A DNA stretch of 24,221 nucleotides from Acidimicrobiaceae bacterium (GTDB taxonomy: Bacteria; Actinomycetota; Acidimicrobiia; Acidimicrobiales; UBA8190): the NCBI GenBank assembly GCA_003151955.1, contig PLZB01000060.1, positions 1 to 24,221 on the forward strand, read 5' to 3'. Position numbers and translations under genes: made by a program. How positions within the stretch are numbered: position 1 is the stretch's first letter; every line of letters begins with the position of its first letter. The notes under the pieces are model-generated. The model had not been told where the DNA came from. It did no database searches and saw only the letters and a program-made list of their open reading frames with translations. Shown here in pieces: positions 7,967-16,533 of this stretch.

Positions 7967-8535
7967 CCGTTGTCCTCCGGGGTTTCCAGGACCTCCGGCT
8001 GGGCCCGGGCCACCCGGAGGGCTCCGAGGAGCGCCTCGTCGGCCATGGCCATCGCCTCGTCCCAGTCGTACCAGCGGGCCTCCGGGCTCTCCCCGGCCGG
8101 GGGGTCCGGATCCTGGTCGGGCCCCAGAAGGAGGTAGCGGAGGTCGAGATGGGTATGGCCCTGGGCCGCCTCGTGAACGTCGACGTGGAGGAGCCGGGGA
8201 CCGCTACCGGGATGGGCCAGGGCCAGGCCGGTCTCCTCCTCCGACTCCCGGAGGGCGGCCTCGGCCGGGGTCTCCCCGGGATCACAATGGCCTCCGGGCT
8301 GCATCCAGCGACCCAGACGCTTGTGGAGGTGGAGGACCGTTCCCCTCCGGCCCACCACGACGGCGGAGCCGGTCAGGTGGACGGGGTCGGCCCCCTCGTC
8401 GAAGGGGTCGGCCAACCGGTCCAGCTCGGCCAGGATCCGGGCCCGGGCCGCCGCCTCCCGGTCGTCACCGGCTCCGTGGCCGGCCACGACCCGGCGGACC
8501 GTCTCGACCTGGTCCGCCGGTTGGTGATGGGGCAC
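7963..8535 (-). CDS. NUDIX hydrolase.
   Basis: The Nudix box GGHCDPGETPAEAALRESEEETGL (GX5EX7REUXEEXGU) is present. The start is uncertain: GTG at 8535 or 8553. The longer ORF to 8904 would overlap the divergent ATP-grasp gene and reads as low-complexity. Confidence 0.65.
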   Translation of the reverse strand: MPHHQPADQVETVRRVVAGHGAGDDREAAARARILAELDRLADPFDEGADPVHLTGSAVVVGRRGTVLHLHKRLGRWMQPGGHCDPGETPAEAALRESEEETGLALAHPGSGPRLLHVDVHEAAQGHTHLDLRYLLLGPDQDPDPPAGESPEARWYDWDEAMAMADEALLGALRVARAQPEVLETPEDNG

Positions 8536-8592
8536 AGTCCATCGATACCACACGCTGACGGGGCCGGTGCACCGGAGACCTAAGGTGAACGG

Positions 8593-9555
8593 GTGGACAG
8601 CGGGAACGACACGGGGGCGGTGCTCGTCACCGGAGCCGGGGGTCCGGCCGGGGTGGCCGTCCTCCGGGCCGTCGCCGCGTCGGGTCGGACGGTGGTGGCC
8701 GCCGACGCCGATCCCGCCGCCGTCGGCCTCCGGCTGGCCGACCACGCCGGGGTGGTCCCCTCCGGCGACGACGAGGGCTTCGTCCCGGCCCTGGCCGACC
8801 TGGCCCGACGGACGGGGGCGACCGCCCTCGTGGCGACGGTGGCCGAGGAGCTCCCCGAACTCGTCCGCCGGGCCGACCTCCTGACCGCCGCCGGCCTGGC
8901 CCACTGGCTCCCCGACCCGGCCTCGGTGGACCGATGCTCCGACAAGTGGACCTTCTTCGAGACCGCCACCGCCGCCGGCGTCCCCGTGGCCGCCACCGGG
9001 CTGGGATCAGCCGAGGGCATCCCCGGTCCCTGGATCGTGAAGCCCCGCCAGGGCCGGGGGTCCCGCCACGTCATGGCCGTCGACGACCCCACCGACCTCG
9101 TCACCGCCCTCCGGCTCGTCCCCGACCCCATCGTCCAGACCCGGGCCCCCGGCCGGGAGTTCACCGTCGACGCCCTGGTGGGACGGGACGGGGTCATGGC
9201 CGGATGGGCCTCCCGCTGGCGGCTGGAGACGAAGGCGGGGATCTCCACCCGGGGGGAGACCTTCGACGACCCCGATCTCGGGGCCCTGGTCGGGGCCGTC
9301 CTGGCCGCCGTCGACCTCCGGGGCCCCGCCAACGTCCAGGGCTTCGTCGGGCCCGACGGGGCCGTCACCCTCATCGAGGTCAACCCCCGCTTCTCGGGTG
9401 GCCTCCCCCTCTCCCTGGCCGCCGGGGCCGACCTCGTCGGGGAGTACCTCCGGGGTGTGGCCGGCCTCCCCCTCCGGCCCGACCGGCTCCGGGCCCGGCC
9501 CGGGGTCCGGATGTTCCGCTACTTCGAGGAGATCTTCGAGGGGACCGGACCGTGA
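8593..9555 (+). CDS. ATP-grasp domain ligase (carboxylate-amine ligase family; substrate unknown).
   Basis: An N-terminal Rossmann-like segment (LVTGAGGPAGVAVLRAV) is followed by the ATP-grasp motifs WIVKPRQGRGSRHV and LIEVNPRFSGG. GTG start, with AAGGTGA upstream. Confidence 0.7.
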   Translation: MDSGNDTGAVLVTGAGGPAGVAVLRAVAASGRTVVAADADPAAVGLRLADHAGVVPSGDDEGFVPALADLARRTGATALVATVAEELPELVRRADLLTAAGLAHWLPDPASVDRCSDKWTFFETATAAGVPVAATGLGSAEGIPGPWIVKPRQGRGSRHVMAVDDPTDLVTALRLVPDPIVQTRAPGREFTVDALVGRDGVMAGWASRWRLETKAGISTRGETFDDPDLGALVGAVLAAVDLRGPANVQGFVGPDGAVTLIEVNPRFSGGLPLSLAAGADLVGEYLRGVAGLPLRPDRLRARPGVRMFRYFEEIFEGTGP

Positions 9556-10253
9556 CCGCCGCCGGGCTCCGGGCCGTCCTCTTCGACCTCGACGACACCC
9601 TCCTCCCCCAGGGGCCCTGGCTGGCCGGGGCCTTCGCCGCCGTGGCCGTCGAGGTCGCCCACCAGGCCGGGGGTCACCCCGACGCCGGCACGGTCGGGAG
9701 CGCCCTCCTGGCCGAGGCGGCCCGGGGATCGGCCCGGGGGGGGATCATCGACCGGGCCCTCGATGGCCTCGGCCTCGAGCTCCCCGTCGCTCCCCTCGTC
9801 GAGGTCTTCGCCGGCTACCGCCCCAACCAGCTCGACCTCTACCCCGGTGCCCTCGAAGCCCTGGGCCGGATCCGGGAGCGCGTCCCCGTCGGCCTCGTCT
9901 CCGACGGCCGGACCGACGTCCAGGGGGCCAAGCTGGCCGCCGCCGGCCTGATGGAGGCCTTCGACGTCGTCGTCCTCTCCGACGACCTGGGCCGGGCCCA
10001 CCGCAAGCCCGACCCCCTCCCCTACCGGACCGCCCTCGAGGCCCTCGCCGTCGACCCGGCCGAGGCCGCCTTCGTGGGGGACCGGCCCGAGACGGACATG
10101 GTCGGGGCCGACGCCCTCGGGATGGTGACCGTCCGGGTCTCGACCGGGGAGTACTCCGACCGGCCCGACCTCGTCACCCCGTCGGCCCGGGTCGCCGACG
10201 TCGTCGCCGCCGTTGCCTGGCTCGGACCCCGGCTCCGGGTCCGGACCCCGTGA
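9552..10253 (+). CDS. HAD-superfamily hydrolase / phosphatase.
   Basis: Motif I LFDLDDTL (DxDxT), motif II VGLVSDG, and motif III/IV K...FVGDRPETDM are present. GTG start overlapping the upstream TGA (GTGA). Confidence 0.8.
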   Translation: MTAAGLRAVLFDLDDTLLPQGPWLAGAFAAVAVEVAHQAGGHPDAGTVGSALLAEAARGSARGGIIDRALDGLGLELPVAPLVEVFAGYRPNQLDLYPGALEALGRIRERVPVGLVSDGRTDVQGAKLAAAGLMEAFDVVVLSDDLGRAHRKPDPLPYRTALEALAVDPAEAAFVGDRPETDMVGADALGMVTVRVSTGEYSDRPDLVTPSARVADVVAAVAWLGPRLRVRTP

Positions 10254-11395
10254 GGATCCTCGTCCCCCTGGGGACCCGACCCGAGATCGTCAAGCTCGCC
10301 CCCGTGGTGGCCGGCCTCGTCCGCCGGGGCCACGACGTCCGGACCATCGCCACCGGCCAGCACCACGACCCGGCCCTGACGGAGAGCTTCTTCGACGACC
10401 TCGGGCTCCTCCCCGACACCCGCTGGACCCTCCCCGACGGACCGGGGGAGCGCCTCGGGGCCATGCTGGCCCGGGCCGTCGACGACCTGGCCGGCCCCGG
10501 GGACCGCCCCGACCTGGTCCTCCTCCTCGGGGATACCAACACCGTCCCCGTCTTCTCCCTGGCCGCCCGCCGGGCCGGGGTCCCCCTGGCCCATCTCGAG
10601 GCCGGACTCCGGTCCCGCAACGAGACCTCCATCGAGGAGGTCAACCGGAAGGTGGCGGCCGCCTGCGCCTCCCTCCACCTGGCCCCCACCGACCTGGCCG
10701 CCCGATTCCTGGCCGCCGAGGGGATCCCCCCCACGCGGGTCCGGGTTGTCGGCAACCCGGTCCTCGACGTCCTGAGGGACTGGGGCGTGACGGGCCGGCC
10801 GGCCGGGGAGCGGGCCGGGGTGGTGGTGACGGCCCACCGGGCCACCAACGTCGACGACCCCGTCCGGCTGGCCGCCCTCGACCGGATCGTCCGGGGCCTG
10901 GCCGAGCGGGTCGGGCCCGTCAGCTTCCCCGTCCATCCCCGCACCGAGGGCCGCCTCCGCGACGCCGGCCTCTACGACACCCTGGCCGCCACCCCCGGCG
11001 TGGAGCTCACCGCCCCCCTCCCCTACCGGGCCATGCTCGACGCCCTGGCCGGGGCCCGGCTGGTCGTCACCGACTCGGGAGGCCTCCAGGAGGAGGCCTC
11101 CTGGCTCGGGGTCCCCGTCGTCGTCCTCCGCCGGTCGACCCCCCGCTGGGAGGGGGTGGCGGCCGGGACCTCGGTCCTGACCGGCATGGACCCCGACCTG
11201 GCCCTGGCCGCGGCGGAGCGCCTGGCCGACCCTGGGGAGCAGGCCCGGGTGGCCGCCGTCCCCTGCCCCTACGGCGACGGCCGGACGGCCGAGCGGGTGG
11301 CCGATGTCCTCGAAGAGCCCGGCATCACCGACCTCCTGGCCCTGCTCGAGCCGGACTACACCGACGGGACCTGGCCCGACCTTCCCCCGGCCTGA
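10250..11395 (+). CDS. UDP-N-acetylglucosamine 2-epimerase (WecB/MnaA/NeuC fold). Whether it is the hydrolysing or non-hydrolysing type is undetermined.
   Basis: The N-terminal block ILVPLGTRPEIVKLAPVV...TGQHHD and the blocks HLEAGLRS and VVTDSGGLQEEASWLGVPVVVLR are present. GTG start overlapping the HAD stop (GTGA). Confidence 0.8.
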   Translation: MRILVPLGTRPEIVKLAPVVAGLVRRGHDVRTIATGQHHDPALTESFFDDLGLLPDTRWTLPDGPGERLGAMLARAVDDLAGPGDRPDLVLLLGDTNTVPVFSLAARRAGVPLAHLEAGLRSRNETSIEEVNRKVAAACASLHLAPTDLAARFLAAEGIPPTRVRVVGNPVLDVLRDWGVTGRPAGERAGVVVTAHRATNVDDPVRLAALDRIVRGLAERVGPVSFPVHPRTEGRLRDAGLYDTLAATPGVELTAPLPYRAMLDALAGARLVVTDSGGLQEEASWLGVPVVVLRRSTPRWEGVAAGTSVLTGMDPDLALAAAERLADPGEQARVAAVPCPYGDGRTAERVADVLEEPGITDLLALLEPDYTDGTWPDLPPA

Positions 11396-11410
11396 TCACG
11401 GGGGGCCGGA

Positions 11411-12784
11411 CTACTCGGCCGGGCCCCCGTCGAGGAGCTGCTCCCCGATGATGAGCTCCCCGGCGATGGCCGGGGTGTAGGGCCAGGCGTCGGTGGTGGA
11501 ACCGGCGGTGGCCCGGATGGAATCCTCACCGGCGGACGCCGCCGGGGCCGACCCGGTGGTGGCGAGGGCCCAGACCCCGACGGGCCAGTAGTTGGCGGCC
11601 AGGGAGGAGACCACCCCGTTGGCCTCCTGGCGGGCCGACGCCGTGGGCTCGGCCCAGGCCCCCTGGCCGGCGGTGAACCGGGCCAGGAGGTCGGCCGCCC
11701 GGGGCCCGCTGACGAGGCCATAGGCCACGGCCCAGACCTGCTCGAGGCCGTCGGGGTAGAGGAGGGACCAGTCGGTGGTCTGGTGGATGCCGTCCCCGTG
11801 GACGGCCCAGTCGTAGGCCCCGGTGGCGGGGTCCCAGAGGGCGGCCACCCCGGCGGCCAGCCGGCCGGCGTCCGACCCGGCCCGGGTGGCCAGGGCGGGA
11901 TCCCCCAGGGCCCCGGCCAGGGTCACGGCCGCCTCGAGGCCCCCGTAGGTCTCGGCCTGGTCCATCAGGTACTTGACGTGGTAGCTCGGCTTGGCCCAGG
12001 TCAGCCCGTCGCTGTCCTGGGTGGACTCGATCACCGAGACGGCGGCGGCGACGGCCCCGGCCGAGGCGGTCAGCCGGCCCTGGTCACCGCTGGCGAGCCA
12101 GGCGTCCCGGACCGCCAGCAGGAAGGTCCCGGCCGTGGCGTCGGTGGAGTCGACGTCACCGGTGGGGACGGTCCCGCCCCCCGAGACGGTGGCGTTGGTC
12201 ACGACCCCGCCGGGTCCCTGGTTGGCCGCGTACCAGCCGATCTCCCGCCAGGCCTCCCCGGCCAGGGAGGCGTTTCCCGTCATCGAGGCCGCCCGGGCCA
12301 GGCCCATCGCCGCGTAGTTCGACAGGTAGGGCCAGACCTCCCCGCTCCCCGGGTAGGTGGTGATGGCCCCGTCGGCCAGCTGGGCCGACTCGATGAAGGT
12401 CACCTCGGCACCGACCTGGGCGCTCGCCGCCACCTGGGCCCGGTTCCCGGCCACCCCGACCGTCGTCGTCGTGGTGGAGGACGTCGAGGACGACGTGGTG
12501 GTCGAGGTCCCCGGGGGGGAGACGGAGGTCGTGGTGGTGGAGGAGCTCGACGTCGTGGAGGTCGAGCCGCCGGAGACCGCCGTGGGCGTCGGGCCGGCCG
12601 CTGACGGGGACGTCGTGGTCGAGCCGACGAGGCCGACGGCGGCAGCCTGGGTGGTGGTCGGCCCGGTGGAGACGGCCCGTGCCGCCCGGGGGGCGGCGGA
12701 GCTGCCGGCAGTGCCCCCGAGGAGTCCCGACGCGGCGACGATGATCCCGATCACCGCAGCCTGCCGTCCCCGCCTCTCCTGCAC
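11411..12784 (-). CDS. Secreted protein: a Sec signal peptide, a ~90-aa Ser/Thr-rich linker, and a ~330-aa C-terminal domain of unknown function.
   Basis: The signal peptide reads MQERRGRQAAVIGIIVAASGLLGGTAGSSAA. The linker reads TSTTSSSSTTTTSVSPPGTSTTTSSSTSSTTTTT. The C-terminal domain is rich in W, Y, A and G, with no assignable family. GTG start at 12784; an alternative GTG lies 10 codons downstream. Confidence 0.6.
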   Translation of the reverse strand: MQERRGRQAAVIGIIVAASGLLGGTAGSSAAPRAARAVSTGPTTTQAAAVGLVGSTTTSPSAAGPTPTAVSGGSTSTTSSSSTTTTSVSPPGTSTTTSSSTSSTTTTTVGVAGNRAQVAASAQVGAEVTFIESAQLADGAITTYPGSGEVWPYLSNYAAMGLARAASMTGNASLAGEAWREIGWYAANQGPGGVVTNATVSGGGTVPTGDVDSTDATAGTFLLAVRDAWLASGDQGRLTASAGAVAAAVSVIESTQDSDGLTWAKPSYHVKYLMDQAETYGGLEAAVTLAGALGDPALATRAGSDAGRLAAGVAALWDPATGAYDWAVHGDGIHQTTDWSLLYPDGLEQVWAVAYGLVSGPRAADLLARFTAGQGAWAEPTASARQEANGVVSSLAANYWPVGVWALATTGSAPAASAGEDSIRATAGSTTDAWPYTPAIAGELIIGEQLLDGGPAE

Positions 12785-12985
12785 TTTTCAATGATCGGCG
12801 GACGGCCGGCCCCCCCTGAGCCCTCCCCGCTCTTTTCCTTCACAATGGACTCACAACACTACCCTCCACCAGCAATTTCTCGACGCACCGTGGGCGCTCT
12901 CAACACTCCTAGTGGTAGGGCCAAACGCGCCGCGACCCCGAGGAGCGGCGGGAACCTCGAGGTCGCGGCGATCTTGTTGGGTGGA

Positions 12986-14143
12986 TCAGGTGGTGATGCC
13001 CCCGCCCCCACCCTCGGAGCCGTCCCGGCCCCGAAGACCGGCCGGACCGTTGGGGCCCCCGCCGCCGGGTCCACCGAAGGCCCCGGTCGAGCCGGCGGGG
13101 ATGGCGATGATCGAGGTGGCCGTGACGGTCCCGTCTGCCGCCTTGCTGCCCATGACGATGATCCGGTCACCAACGGCAAGGCTGCTGAGGCTTCCCGTTC
13201 CCGAGGGGCTCCGGTAGGTGGTCGACGAGGTGGTGTCCACCGTCGTCGTCCCCCCTCCCGGTGTCGTCACGGTGATCGTCCCCCCGCTGACCGAAGCCAC
13301 CGTTCCCGTCGTCCCCGGCATCCCGGTCATGCCTCCCGGCATGCCCCCGAACCCCCGGTGTCCACCATGGCCGCCGCCGGCGGTCGGACCGCTGGGGCCG
13401 ACGGTGACCGAGGTGGCGTCGAGCTCGGTGTGGTCGGCGTCCACCGTGCCGGTGGCGACGACCCGGGCCCCGACGGTCACTACCGAGGCCGTGGCGGCCG
13501 CTCCCCCCTGGGAGTAGGTGGTCGACGGCGAGGTCTTCACCGTCCGGTAGAGACCCTGGACGTCGGAGAGGGTGATGGCTCCGCCCGTCACCGAGACCAC
13601 CGTCCCCTCGACCCGGGGGGAGACGATGTCGAGCTCGGCCGCCACCGGGGACACCGCCGCCGCCGTGGTCGTCGTCGAGGAGGACGGGCTGTGGGCGGGT
13701 CGGACGACCCGGATGTCGACGAGCTCGCCGACGGCCAGCGCGGACCGGTCCACGGTGGTCCCGTCCCGCTTGTAGATCGTGGCGCCGTCGGTGGACACCG
13801 TCCGGCTCGAGCCCCCCGGTCCGGAGACCGTCACCGTGGTGGCCCCGACCGCGGTCACGGTGGCCTCCCCAGCCGGGCCCCGCCCCCCGCCCGGCAACCC
13901 GGGAAGCCCGTGGGGGAGACCGCCGGGTGCGGTCGACGTGGTCGTCGACGAAGTGCCCCCGGCGGCGGCGGCGACGCCGTAGCCACCGAGTCCCAGCATC
14001 GCCGTCAGGCCCCCGGCGGCGACGGCCCAGCGGATCCCCCGGCCCCGGGTCGGCCCTTCCGGCGCCGGGGCGGGGATCGGATCGATCCAGCTGGCCACGA
14101 CAGGATCCTGGGCAGCTCCGGGCTCGGACTCAGCTGGGCTCAT
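12986..14143 (-). CDS. Membrane-anchored protein (cytoplasmic N-terminus, one TM) with three DUF5666-like beta-repeat domains separated by Gly/Ser/Thr-rich linkers.
   Basis: The TM segment is IRWAVAAGGLTAMLGLGGYGVAAAA. Three ~60-aa repeats follow the pattern GTV..V.G.TITV....G...TV.....T.Y........L..L.VGD.V. The gene lies immediately downstream of the two-component system on the same strand. Confidence 0.65.
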   Translation of the reverse strand: MSPAESEPGAAQDPVVASWIDPIPAPAPEGPTRGRGIRWAVAAGGLTAMLGLGGYGVAAAAGGTSSTTTSTAPGGLPHGLPGLPGGGRGPAGEATVTAVGATTVTVSGPGGSSRTVSTDGATIYKRDGTTVDRSALAVGELVDIRVVRPAHSPSSSTTTTAAAVSPVAAELDIVSPRVEGTVVSVTGGAITLSDVQGLYRTVKTSPSTTYSQGGAAATASVVTVGARVVATGTVDADHTELDATSVTVGPSGPTAGGGHGGHRGFGGMPGGMTGMPGTTGTVASVSGGTITVTTPGGGTTTVDTTSSTTYRSPSGTGSLSSLAVGDRIIVMGSKAADGTVTATSIIAIPAGSTGAFGGPGGGGPNGPAGLRGRDGSEGGGGGITT

Positions 14144-14244
14144 CCACGCTCCTCGGCTCGGCTAGCAAGATCCGCCACGATCAGTATCGGTCCCGATCCT
14201 TTGCGTCACCCCTGAGCAACCTGGGAATCTGCCGTGAATCCGCC

Positions 14245-15720
14245 TCAGCTCTTGACTTCCGCCTCAGGAGCCCCACCAGCCGCTTCCCGGTCCGGGACCT
14301 CGGCTGGGAGCTGGACCCAGAAGACCGACCCGCCACCCTCCCGGGGCACCATCCCGAGCTGTCCCCCGTGGGCCCGGACGATGGCAGAGGTGATGGCCAG
14401 CCCCAGGCCGGCCCCCCCGCTGGCCCGCTGCCGCGACGGGTCGAACCGGTGGAACGCCTCGAAGATCTTCTCCCGTTCCCCCTCCGCCACCCCCGGGCCC
14501 CGATCGGCCACCTCGAGTCGGGCCTCGGGTCCGGCCGCCCCCAACCAGACCTCGATCGGTGTCCCCTCCGGGGTGTACTTGCCGGCATTCGAGAGGAGGT
14601 TGTCGAGGACCTGGCGGAGACGCTCGGCGTCGCCCCGGACCATGACCCGGGGCGGGGACACGATGGTGACCGACCGCCCGGGGGCGGAGACCCCGAAGGC
14701 GTCGACGGCGGCGGCGGCCACCCCGGCCAGGTCGACGGAGCCCTCCTCCAGGGGACGCTCCCGGTCCAGCCGGGCCAGGAGGAGGAGGTCTTCCACCAGG
14801 TGGCCCATCCGGTCCGCCTCGGCCCTGATGTGGTGCATGGCGAGGGCCAGGTCCTCGGGCCGGTCCCGGGCCCCCCGATCGAACATCTCGGCGTAGCCCC
14901 GGATCGATGTCAGCGGGGTCCTGAGCTCGTGGGAGGCGTCGGCAAGGAACCGCCGGAGCCGTTCCTCCGAGGCCGCCCGGGCCGCGAAGGCCACCTCGAT
15001 CTCCCCCAGCATCGAGTTGAGGGCCAGCCCGAGCCGGCCCACCTCGCTTCCCTCCTCCCGGACCTCGACCCGCTGGGAGAGGTCCCCGGCCGCGATCGCC
15101 CCCGCCGTGGTCGCCATCTGGTCCAGGGGCCGCAACCCCCGCCGGACCACCCACCACACCAGGGCCATCAGGCCGAGGAGGACCCCTATCGAGACCAGGA
15201 TCTCGATCCGGAGCAGCCGCCCCAGGGTCTGGTCGACATCGGTCAGGGGAAAGGCGACGATCAGGGTTCCGGCCACCTCCCCGCTGCCATTGTTGTAGAC
15301 CGGCTCGGCCCGGACCCGGTAGGTGACCGGCGACGGCCCGGCACTCTCCGCAACGAAGAGGACGGCCGACACCCCCGGGCCACCCGAGCCGGGCAGATCG
15401 GCGGGGAGGACCGGCGGGGAGAGATTCCCCCCGAAGGGGTCAGGCCCCACCAGGGCCGCCCCCGTCGTGTCCCGCAGCTCCCCGACCGTCCCGATCGGGA
15501 TGAGCGAGGCGTCACCGCTCGACCGGAAACCCCCCGAGGGTCCCACCACCGGGTCCCGGACGAGGTGCTGGAGGACGACCTGGTCCGAGCCGGCCAGCTG
15601 GCTGTCGATCCGGCTCAGGAGGAAGGAGTGGAGGGAGGTGTAGGTGACAACCCCCGACGCCCCCAGCCCGACCGCCACGATCCCGACCAGGAGGGCCAGG
15701 AGCCGGATCCGGAGCGTCAC
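14245..15720 (-). CDS. Sensor histidine kinase with TM1, a ~150-aa extracytoplasmic sensor domain, TM2, and HAMP, HisKA and HATPase_c domains.
   Basis: The H-box reads FLADASHELRTPLTSIRGYAEM. The N-box/G-boxes read LLSNAGKYTP, ADRGPGV and GGAGLGLAI. GTG start at 15720, 8 bp after the response-regulator stop. The listed 745-aa ORF merges this frame with antisense of the response-regulator gene. Confidence 0.85.
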   Translation of the reverse strand: MTLRIRLLALLVGIVAVGLGASGVVTYTSLHSFLLSRIDSQLAGSDQVVLQHLVRDPVVGPSGGFRSSGDASLIPIGTVGELRDTTGAALVGPDPFGGNLSPPVLPADLPGSGGPGVSAVLFVAESAGPSPVTYRVRAEPVYNNGSGEVAGTLIVAFPLTDVDQTLGRLLRIEILVSIGVLLGLMALVWWVVRRGLRPLDQMATTAGAIAAGDLSQRVEVREEGSEVGRLGLALNSMLGEIEVAFAARAASEERLRRFLADASHELRTPLTSIRGYAEMFDRGARDRPEDLALAMHHIRAEADRMGHLVEDLLLLARLDRERPLEEGSVDLAGVAAAAVDAFGVSAPGRSVTIVSPPRVMVRGDAERLRQVLDNLLSNAGKYTPEGTPIEVWLGAAGPEARLEVADRGPGVAEGEREKIFEAFHRFDPSRQRASGGAGLGLAITSAIVRAHGGQLGMVPREGGGSVFWVQLPAEVPDREAAGGAPEAEVKS

Positions 15721-15728
15721 CGCCCCGC

Positions 15729-16463
15729 CTACTCCCCGGGACCCGTCGAACCGGCCTCCGACGGCGGCCGCAGGCTGTAGCCCACCCCCCGGACCGTCTG
15801 GATGAGCCGGGGCCCGAGGGAGTCGACCTTCCGCCGGAGGTAGCTGATGTAGATCTCGACCACGTTGGCGTTCCCGTCGAAGTCGTAATTCCAGACCCGG
15901 TCGAGGATCTGGGCCTTGGAGACGACCCGCCCAGCGTTGAGCAGCAGGTAGTGGAGGAGCTTGAACTCGGTCGGCGTCAGCTCGACGACGACCGGACCCC
16001 GCCGGACGACGTGGCTCTCCTCGTCGAGGACCAGGTCGGCCACCTGGAGCCGTCCCGTGTCCCGCTCCCCCGGGTGGGCCCGACGGAGGATGGCCCGGGC
16101 CCGGACGATGAGCTCCTCCACGCTGAAGGGCTTCGTCATGTAGTCGTCGCCCCCCAGGGTGAACCCCCGGAGCTTGTCCTCCAGGGTGTCCCGGGCCGTC
16201 AGGAAGAGGACCGGGAGGCCCTCCACGATCCGGTCCCCCCCCAACCGCCGGAGGACCTCGAACCCGTCGAGGTCGGGCAGCATCACGTCGAGGACGAGGA
16301 GCTGGGGCCGGAATGTCGGGATGGCCTCGAGGGCCTCCCGGCCGGTGTGGGCGACCTGGACCTCCATCCCCTCGTAGCGCAGTGCCATGGCCACCAGGTC
16401 CGTGATGCCCTTTTCGTCGTCCACCACCAGGACCCGCTGTCCGCTGCCCTCTGCCATCGACAT
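15729..16463 (-). CDS. OmpR/PhoB-family response regulator.
   Basis: The receiver domain is VLVVDDE...LLVLDVMLPDLDGFEV...TARD...K. The winged-helix output domain is LTPTEFKLLHYLLLNAGRVVSKAQILDRVWNYDF...VEIYISYLRRKV. Confidence 0.9.
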   Translation of the reverse strand: MSMAEGSGQRVLVVDDEKGITDLVAMALRYEGMEVQVAHTGREALEAIPTFRPQLLVLDVMLPDLDGFEVLRRLGGDRIVEGLPVLFLTARDTLEDKLRGFTLGGDDYMTKPFSVEELIVRARAILRRAHPGERDTGRLQVADLVLDEESHVVRRGPVVVELTPTEFKLLHYLLLNAGRVVSKAQILDRVWNYDFDGNANVVEIYISYLRRKVDSLGPRLIQTVRGVGYSLRPPSEAGSTGPGE

Positions 16464-16480
16464 CGTCTCCGATCATGCCC

Positions 16481-16533
16481 ACCGAACCTGTGGGTCTCCT
16501 TTGACCCTACCCACAGGTTCCTGCCAGGAACGT
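16481..16533. promoter_or_regulatory. Cluster of palindromes in the divergent response-regulator / ABC promoter region: a 12-bp inverted repeat GAACCTGTGGGT-N13-ACCCACAGGTTC (16481-16517), then GTTCCTG-C-CAGGAAC, and the 10-bp palindrome GGAACGTTCC (16524-16533).
   Basis: Read directly. The 115-bp gap between RR start 16463 and permease ATG 16579 is dominated by these symmetric elements. Confidence 0.5.

Noticed and set aside
7170-8904. ORFs - 7170..8285, + 7241..8137 and + 7518..8558, and the 313-aa NUDIX extension to 8904.
   Set aside because: These are antisense or frame-shifted relative to the coiled-coil / zinc-ribbon gene and the NUDIX gene. The extended NUDIX N-terminus is low-complexity and would overlap the divergent ATP-grasp gene.
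11381-11410. A possible bidirectional terminator between the convergent epimerase and secreted-protein genes.
   Set aside because: Only a 6-bp CCGGCC/GGCCGG stem with a 12-nt loop, and no U-tract. Too weak to call as a feature.
8934-11451. Merged ORFs + 8934..10253 and + 9398..11395, and the Pro/Arg-rich + 10213..11451.
   Set aside because: The first two are the HAD and epimerase frames read upstream through the preceding gene with no stop in between. The GTG starts at 9552 and 10250 overlap the upstream stops and mark the real N-termini (DxDxT at residue ~12; GTRPE at residue ~8). The third is an out-of-frame PR-rich artefact.
12791-15780. + 12791..14215 (474 aa) and + 13927..15780 (617 aa), opposite the DUF5666 and kinase genes.
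   Set aside because: The minus-strand products have a TM helix, ordered repeats and kinase H/N/G boxes. The plus-strand translations are Arg/Gly/Pro-rich with no motifs.
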